Shown here: positions 57,986 through 64,000 of the stretch, piece after piece | Numbering within the stretch: the stretch's first letter is position 1 | How the letters are laid out: each line of letters starts with the position of its first letter | Virus record (IMG/VR): IMGVR_UViG_3300005289_000052 | Location: 124,001 to 188,000 of that record | Direction: 5' to 3' (one strand) | Length of the DNA: 64,000 bases | Translations under genes and position numbers: made by a program | Notes under the pieces: model-generated | Told to the model about the DNA's origin: nothing | Database searches by the model: none | What the model saw: the letters and a program-made list of their open reading frames with translations, nothing else

Positions 57986-60022
57986 TTAACGGTTCCAGGT
58001 CCCGGTGAAGGGGGAACCGAACATGCGGGAACCTTGTTGCTGACCGCCACCGTAGTTGAAGAAGCCACCAACGTTGTTGGCAACCAGGTGGTTGAGGTCG
58101 TAGCCGCCGCGCTGGGTCAGGACGTTGTTGTCGTCCAGGCCTTTCGCAGGACGCACGTTCAGACCGCAACGTACGATTGCTTCGGACAGCGCTTCCAGGA
58201 AGGAGTTGTCGAAGCTTACGCGACGAGCAAAGCCTTTGACGTGGATTTCCGATGCCAGGAGCTGACGCAGGATTTCTTTGCGCTGAGCCAGGCGGATTTC
58301 CAGAGGAACCTGGATGTTGCGGTGAGTTTCTTCCCACGCCTCGACCAGTTTCGGGTTGGTCTTGCCAGCCAGGTTGAGGATGGCCAGGTAGTCGATCTCA
58401 CGCAGGTCACGACGATTGCCTTCGCGATCGTAGTAGAAGCCCAGGTGGATACGGTCCTGATCGTCGTAGCACACTGGCTTGGACGCATCGAACAACTGCT
58501 GGAAGTGACCCATGGTCAGGTTGTTGGCTGCTTGCAGGATGGTCAGACGTGCGTTCTCGTCGCCGTTGGCGGCCGCGATGTAGGTCTGGTGAATCCAGGA
58601 CAGCTCGCCAACCTCGGCGATGTCGAGGGTGAAGATCAGCTTTTGACCGATCAGCATGTTGATGAGCTGGCGCATTTCGTTGTCACCGAAGTCGGCGGAA
58701 CGAGTTGGCAGTGCATCAGGCTTGGCTTGCGGATCGCCGGTCAGGTTGACTTCGTAACCGGTAGCACCCAGGTCTTTCAGGTCCACGTCGGTAGCCTTGC
58801 CCTTGTTGGCGCGCCAGGTACCGGTGAACAGGCCGTTGCGGTTCAGGCCGAAAGCAGTGGACAGGGCCAGGAGTTGCAGCTCCATGTTCACGGCGTCGGT
58901 CAGGGTGTCGACCGAGGTCAGCACCATACGCGGCTGGTACATCTGGGTAGCCATCATTTGCTGCTGGTTGCCGAACATGCCGAAGGCTTGCTGCTGAGGC
59001 TGGAAGCCTGCTTGAGCCGGTTGGTACATCAGGTCGACGTAGCCAGCGACGCGAGTCAGTTGGCGGGTCTGTTGCAGGCTGAACTGCGAGTCGGCTTGGG
59101 ACTGCGCGGACATGGTGACGATGATGTCTTCACGTACCGGCATGCCCACGATGTCTTCGCCGTGCTGACGAGTGAACTCGACGCGCGCGCTCAGTTGGTC
59201 GCCGGAGCCGACTTCACCCAGGGTGAACGGTTCTTCGTTGCCGCCGAGCTGGTTGTCCATGATGGTGTAGCAGGCCTGGGTGCTGTTGTGCAGCAGGCGG
59301 TTGAAGCGGTTCTCGGTGCTGACTTCAGCTTCGGCTGGAATCACAACGCCACCGGCATCGTGGATCTGAGCGTTGAAGCCGTAGCTGTTGATGACGAACT
59401 GCTCCAGAACTTGCCAGTACGACTTGTTCAGGTAGATGTCGCCAGGCACGATGTCGACTTCGACGGTGGTGCCGCCCAGGTTCACGCTGCTTGGGTCCAG
59501 TGGAGCGCCGCTCGATTCGACCAGCAGGCTGTAGACAGCGATGTGCTTCTGGCCCTGGTATTCTTCGTAGTAGCAGACCAGGATGCTGGAGAAAGTCACC
59601 TTGGACTGGTTGTTGTCCAGTACCAGGATGTTGAACTCTTTCTTCTGCTGTTCGGTCAGCACTTTGCCAGCGCGTTCTTTCAGACCCAGTTGAATGGTCT
59701 GAACGTCTTCACCGGACATGTTCCGTGGAACAGGGCGGCGGTGGTTGGCGTTGATGTCCAGGACCGAACGGCCACGGCTACCTACGCGGGAGTTGTTGTT
59801 GGATTGCTGGTTCATCTGAGCACCTGCGTTGAAAGGCTGTTGCGGTTGAGCATTGCCGCCAGTTGGCTGCTGTTGCTGCCCACCGGTTGGTTGTTGAGTT
59901 TGTTCTTGGGGCTGTTCAGCACCCGTTGGAGTCATACCCGCTTTCAGCATGGCATCTGCCATTGCGCTGTTCTGCGGCTGGTTCCCCTGGCTCTGGCCAG
60001 GTCCATTACGTTTGACGGACAT
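57986..60022 (-). CDS. chmA: Chimallin, major phage-nucleus shell protein
   Basis: 678 aa, very strong codon bias, disordered termini, directly upstream of the NADFDGD subunit (diagnostic synteny), own promoter and terminator. Confidence 0.88.
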   Translation of the reverse strand: MSVKRNGPGQSQGNQPQNSAMADAMLKAGMTPTGAEQPQEQTQQPTGGQQQQPTGGNAQPQQPFNAGAQMNQQSNNNSRVGSRGRSVLDINANHRRPVPRNMSGEDVQTIQLGLKERAGKVLTEQQKKEFNILVLDNNQSKVTFSSILVCYYEEYQGQKHIAVYSLLVESSGAPLDPSSVNLGGTTVEVDIVPGDIYLNKSYWQVLEQFVINSYGFNAQIHDAGGVVIPAEAEVSTENRFNRLLHNSTQACYTIMDNQLGGNEEPFTLGEVGSGDQLSARVEFTRQHGEDIVGMPVREDIIVTMSAQSQADSQFSLQQTRQLTRVAGYVDLMYQPAQAGFQPQQQAFGMFGNQQQMMATQMYQPRMVLTSVDTLTDAVNMELQLLALSTAFGLNRNGLFTGTWRANKGKATDVDLKDLGATGYEVNLTGDPQAKPDALPTRSADFGDNEMRQLINMLIGQKLIFTLDIAEVGELSWIHQTYIAAANGDENARLTILQAANNLTMGHFQQLFDASKPVCYDDQDRIHLGFYYDREGNRRDLREIDYLAILNLAGKTNPKLVEAWEETHRNIQVPLEIRLAQRKEILRQLLASEIHVKGFARRVSFDNSFLEALSEAIVRCGLNVRPAKGLDDNNVLTQRGGYDLNHLVANNVGGFFNYGGGQQQGSRMFGSPFTGTWNR

Positions 60023-60070
60023 CGTGTGTTCCTTTCATTGAGGGTGAGCACTACAACAAACCATTTGCCT

Positions 60071-60221
60071 ATGCTCTATTTAATTACACTTGGCATGGTC
60101 TCACTTAGGTAATATGTGGCTCAAATGACTTTGAATCAAACATCACCTAAGCGGGTTACCAAGATCATGCGCCCATAAATCTAAATGCCGAAGCATCCAG
60201 TTGAGAGCATTCTCCTATAAC
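60071..60221 (-). promoter_or_regulatory. Structured chmA leader containing an early promoter (60109-60128)
   Basis: Nested stems with G-U pairs on the minus strand; TCATTTGAGCCACATATTAC promoter motif; TATG at 60224-60221. Confidence 0.55.
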
Positions 60222-60243
60222 ATAGTGCAGTGTATGTAAGAAA

Positions 60244-60540
60244 TTACTTTATCCTCACATTACTGATCAGCGAGTAGACGGTAAGTCCTTTCGCTTTAGC
60301 AGCTTTTCGAGCATCCATCTCGGCTTGAAGTTCCATCATTGACTTGGAATCAAATTCAAACTCCGTGATATCGTGACCACGGTTGTTGCTGATCCCCAGT
60401 ACAACTTTGCGTTCGAACTTCTTTCTGGCCTTAACAGCGGCCTTCACCGGCTCCGATGCAACGGACACTTGACCAGTAGACTGGGCAATTGCCAAACGCA
60501 GTGCTGCTTCGAAATCCGAGAGTTCATTGCTAACAACCAT
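60244..60540 (-). CDS. Small basic hypothetical protein
   Basis: 98 aa, AGGAG SD. Confidence 0.65.
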   Translation of the reverse strand: MVVSNELSDFEAALRLAIAQSTGQVSVASEPVKAAVKARKKFERKVVLGISNNRGHDITEFEFDSKSMMELQAEMDARKAAKAKGLTVYSLISNVRIK

Positions 60541-60599
60541 GGTTCAACTCCTAAGTTGAAAAAGTTTATAAGACAGATTACCTTGTGTCTGTCACGTGG

Positions 60600-60619
60600 A
60601 TATTATGTATTTGAAATTC
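60600..60619 (-). promoter_or_regulatory. Early promoter variant
   Basis: Minus strand GAATTTCAAATACATAATAT followed by CCACGTG. Confidence 0.5.
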
Positions 60620-60648
60620 CTTTTAATCAACTCTAAAGGGCCGCCCCA

Positions 60649-61749
60649 ATGTACACCCTTTTCAATGAACCGATCTGGGGTACGCAAGGTGCTAGCATTA
60701 CCTTCCCCAAATATCAGCGAGCTATTCAGGGGCTGCGCCAGAATCTGGACAAGGTGATCGAGTACAACCGTACCTATCCACGTGCCGTTGATAGTGGTCA
60801 CTTCCTCGTGAAACTGCTGCAATCCCTTAACGTACCATTGTCCATGGACGTGAACATTTACAGGGATCGTGTCGAGGAAGCCGCAGAAGGTCTCGCTATG
60901 GCGATGAACCTCACCTCTTCATTATACCGTGGTCGAGTCTTTAGTCCAGGACTTTTCTACGGGCCGGGTTCCTACGAGATCGTGGTTGCCCATGCTGAGG
61001 AATTCGATTTACGGGATATTGAGGATAACTGGGAGCAGTTGTGCCCAGTGACTTTCCTGACTCACCCCAAGACCGACCTCGGAATGGATACCCCCATGGG
61101 TTTCCAAACCAACGGTGAAGAAGGGTTGTCGATTATCCTGATCAACATTCCCATGCTGGCTGTGCAGTATAAACAGTGGCGTATTCGGGAGTGGCACCAG
61201 AATAATGAAGCGCAGCGGACGATGATGCAGTTTGTATCCTCGTATCCCCTGAACAACGCTTTGCATTCGCAGTTGGACATTGCGATCCTGAACCGTTTCA
61301 TGAATGTCTACCGGGGAGACCCAGTGGGACTGAGCATGATCCGTAAACCGTTTACCATGACTCGATGGGAAGCGGAACTGGACTTTGGGTTGGATCAGTA
61401 CGCCGAAGACTTGCAGAAACGCAAGTATACCTTCGATCACTTCTTAGCTGTCTTTAAAGGAGTGTCAGCATGGACCCTACGAGACGCTCTACGCATTCCT
61501 ACGATGGCACCGACCCGTCAGGTCACGTGGGCGCTTGCGATGTCCAGAGCGCGTCTGGTGGACTTCCTGTTGGACTGGACCAAAGAGAACCGAGTGGATC
61601 GTAACAAGAGCTACTGTAACGATATCCAGTTGGAAACTTCTCGACTGCTGAATGACAGTGCTCTGCGTAGCTCCCTCCCGCGTTGGGCATATCCAGCTTG
61701 GGAAGACCTCTTTAAAGAGATCATCGCCAAAGCTAAAAGCGTCCGCTAG
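60649..61749 (+). CDS. Conserved protein (phiKZ gp52-like), putative virion component
   Basis: 366 aa between the polymerase and chmA, on the opposite strand. Confidence 0.6.
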   Translation: MYTLFNEPIWGTQGASITFPKYQRAIQGLRQNLDKVIEYNRTYPRAVDSGHFLVKLLQSLNVPLSMDVNIYRDRVEEAAEGLAMAMNLTSSLYRGRVFSPGLFYGPGSYEIVVAHAEEFDLRDIEDNWEQLCPVTFLTHPKTDLGMDTPMGFQTNGEEGLSIILINIPMLAVQYKQWRIREWHQNNEAQRTMMQFVSSYPLNNALHSQLDIAILNRFMNVYRGDPVGLSMIRKPFTMTRWEAELDFGLDQYAEDLQKRKYTFDHFLAVFKGVSAWTLRDALRIPTMAPTRQVTWALAMSRARLVDFLLDWTKENRVDRNKSYCNDIQLETSRLLNDSALRSSLPRWAYPAWEDLFKEIIAKAKSVR

Positions 61750-61793
61750 GGAAACGGGGAAGCCTTGCGGCCTCCCCGTTTCCCTTTATGCCG
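61749..61793. terminator. Bidirectional hairpin with TTTATGCCG
   Basis: GGGAAACGGGGA..TCCCCGTTTCCCTTTATGCCG; the polymerase stop codon lies inside the motif. Confidence 0.75.
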
Positions 61794-63999
61794 CTGCGGA
61801 TGCTGGGACAAAGTCCGAAACCAACTTGGTATTGTTGTCGTTAGACAAGAACACGCCGAGCGATTCCAAGATCAGATAGAACGGCCGGACTGTAGAGTAG
61901 ACCAGTTTACGAATGTTCATTGCTGACAATACTTCTTTTGGCAGACCAGTCAACTCCACAACGTCCTTCGGCAGCAGCAACGTGGTAGCGTTGGTTTTGC
62001 CAGCGTAGGTATCGGTGAGGGTTTGTTTGATCTGAGGATCTTCGATCGTATCCAACCACAGGCCCAATGCCGTTTTGTTAGGCAAGTCCAGGGAGACTTT
62101 GATCGCAGAGTACGGAGGTTTTGGAGCTTCCCCGTATTTTGGACGGAACACACGCTCCCACAGGAGGTAGTGTTGATAAGGAGACTGACCTGGGTTGACG
62201 TATGCCGCCGGGTCTTTCACCTGAGTCCGTGCCAAGTAAGTAGATTCAGCGCGCATCACAGAACCAATAATGCCGTGTTCGATATCAGCAACACGCTGCA
62301 TGATTTCCGTGATCTTGATCTTCTTGCCGTCGATGATGCAGTCCATGATTTCACACATGGTCGACGTCACTTGTTTCATGATCTGTGGCGGACAGTTAGA
62401 GTCTTTGAGGTAAACCCCTTTGATCTCTTCTTCCAGCTTCGAGAACACGTTCCCTTCTTTGGCTGCCTTGTAGGCGTAGTAATGCTTAGCCATCGAAGTC
62501 AGCGAGAACACCGAGAATGCAAACTCGTTCTTCATCGCCAATACGTTCAGCTTCTCTGGTACCACACCGAGTGTAGTGGACAGCATAGCCAAAACGTGGA
62601 TGATCGACTGGGTGGCCAGGTAAACCATGGTGTAGTCCACGGCAAACGCGGTTTCACTAAAGTCAATCTTACCGGTGTACCACTCAACCCAGTTCTGCAC
62701 GGTGAAGATCGTGGAGTCTGTGTCGGAGGTGATCGCTACGTGTCGGACAGAATCCCGAATCCATGCAACCGAGGCTGGCATGTTGTCGGATACCCAGAAC
62801 GCTTTGATCAGGTACTGGTATTCGTTCAGTACGTGGTGGATGTTCTTGATGGTTGCCCCGATCAAGCAGTAGCTCGTTGGGTTTACTTCCAGCAAGCGAC
62901 CCAGACCCAAACCTTGTAGCTCCTTAGCGCACAGGAGGCTCACAAACGCTTTTAAGTCCGCATCCATACCCTTGACATAGACCTTGGCTTCTTCCAGCTC
63001 CAGCGGCACTTCTACCTTCATGGAGAGGCGAGCCATGAACACCCGCATTGGTCCGTCGTTGAACTTCGCCAAGTGCCAGCAATCGCCGACATAAGCAAAG
63101 GCCGAACGTTGCAGATCGTTCATACCTTCAACCAGCTTACGGATTTCCGCAATCTGACTTTTGTTGGTCCAGTAGTGGTGAGTCGAGTAAAGGATCAGTT
63201 CCATTACTTCGTCTACGGTTGGAGCACGGAACCCGTAGAGGCTCATCGCTTTCTCAATCAGATCGTAGTCAACGTGACCGATGATGCTGACGATATTTGC
63301 CTTCACTACATCAGGACACCAATAATGTCGGTTGCCTGCCAAGAACTTCTCGTTGTTGGCGTTCCCCAAACTGGTGGCTACACGGCAGGTCGAAGTCAGG
63401 CTCGAGTGAGCAGACTTGTTGTGCAGGATCGTGGAGGTCGACGCTTGTGCCCCGGACAGACTGTTGTTCGCAATCTTGTACGTGGTTTGTTCGTTCTCCT
63501 TAAGTTCTGCCAGTTCTTCCATCTGTACAGCATGGCGGCGGAACTTCTTGACTGCTTCAACATCCCCGGCTTTCTCAGCCTCATCTGCTTTCAGATTGGA
63601 TTCTTGTTGCTCCATCTGTGCATTGTGACCTTCCTTCTTTACAGCACCCCGGCCCACAATGTTACCGGTGATGTATTCCGACAGTAGAGAAGGAATAACG
63701 TCCGGGTGTTCGTACACAGTCATGGACGGTGCAAACAACCAGTTGTTATCTTTGATGTCCTTGAGGTAGGTCGAGTAAGTCATCTCCGTACGCTCACGGT
63801 CACCGACTTTGTTCCGGTGCAGGCAGTACAGAGCTGGGTCTTTGATCTCGAATTTACCACCCGGACCTGTCACACGGTGAATGTACCCTTGACAGTCTTC
63901 CAACGGCTTCCCCGTACGCACATGCAAAAAGATTGCCATGTCACGACGGTAGTTAGCCAGAATATCTAGGTCGCGCTTATAAGCGGACGCTGGCTTGAT
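61786..63999 (-). CDS. Split family-B DNA polymerase, catalytic subunit (phiKZ gp50-like); 5' end probably beyond the window
   Basis: Motif B KIANNSLSG, motif C SDTDS, KHYY, IKGV. The frame is open to the window edge (IKPASAYKRDLDILANYRRD before Met 63939). Confidence 0.88.
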   Translation of the reverse strand: MKPASAYKRDLDILANYRRDMAIFLHVRTGKPLEDCQGYIHRVTGPGGKFEIKDPALYCLHRNKVGDRERTEMTYSTYLKDIKDNNWLFAPSMTVYEHPDVIPSLLSEYITGNIVGRGAVKKEGHNAQMEQQESNLKADEAEKAGDVEAVKKFRRHAVQMEELAELKENEQTTYKIANNSLSGAQASTSTILHNKSAHSSLTSTCRVATSLGNANNEKFLAGNRHYWCPDVVKANIVSIIGHVDYDLIEKAMSLYGFRAPTVDEVMELILYSTHHYWTNKSQIAEIRKLVEGMNDLQRSAFAYVGDCWHLAKFNDGPMRVFMARLSMKVEVPLELEEAKVYVKGMDADLKAFVSLLCAKELQGLGLGRLLEVNPTSYCLIGATIKNIHHVLNEYQYLIKAFWVSDNMPASVAWIRDSVRHVAITSDTDSTIFTVQNWVEWYTGKIDFSETAFAVDYTMVYLATQSIIHVLAMLSTTLGVVPEKLNVLAMKNEFAFSVFSLTSMAKHYYAYKAAKEGNVFSKLEEEIKGVYLKDSNCPPQIMKQVTSTMCEIMDCIIDGKKIKITEIMQRVADIEHGIIGSVMRAESTYLARTQVKDPAAYVNPGQSPYQHYLLWERVFRPKYGEAPKPPYSAIKVSLDLPNKTALGLWLDTIEDPQIKQTLTDTYAGKTNATTLLLPKDVVELTGLPKEVLSAMNIRKLVYSTVRPFYLILESLGVFLSNDNNTKLVSDFVPASAAA

Positions 64000-64000
64000 G

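Noticed and set aside
57920-60112. 730-aa plus-strand ORF, and similar long antisense ORFs (33967..35520, 47602..49083, 19188..20534, 11218..12414, 46154..47443)
   Set aside because: They mirror strongly codon-biased real genes, have no SD or recognisable motifs, and are expected shadow frames.
60181-60216. 9-codon uORF (MLSTGCFGI) in the chmA leader
   Set aside because: AGGAGA abuts the ATG with no spacing and the ORF lies within stems, so translation is unsupported.

Overview
64 kb of a nucleus-forming, phiKZ-like jumbo phage (Chimalliviridae-type). The host cannot be determined from this window. From right to left it holds: (1) the chimallin core block, with a split family-B DNA polymerase, ChmA, non-virion RNAP subunits, an SbcD-like nuclease, ChmC-like and PicA/Imp1-like genes and an SF2 helicase; (2) a virion-RNAP subunit; (3) a putative tail-assembly-chaperone pair plus a DarG-like macrodomain; (4) a ~9 kb early accessory island; (5) the exonuclease half of the polymerase; (6) head, baseplate and neck genes, thymidylate kinase and a paralog-rich tail-appendage cluster. 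No tRNA, CRISPR array, intron or mobile element was seen. phiKZ gene numbers come from my recollection of synteny and size plus visible motifs, not from database searches. Best leads: a candidate programmed -1 frameshift on a U8 run (33980-33987); a two-class terminator code (hairpin+long U tract versus hairpin+TATGCCG) that tracks putative early versus late units; a ~140-nt structured chmA leader that embeds an early promoter; and a structured RNA in front of a minimal terminase-like ATPase.
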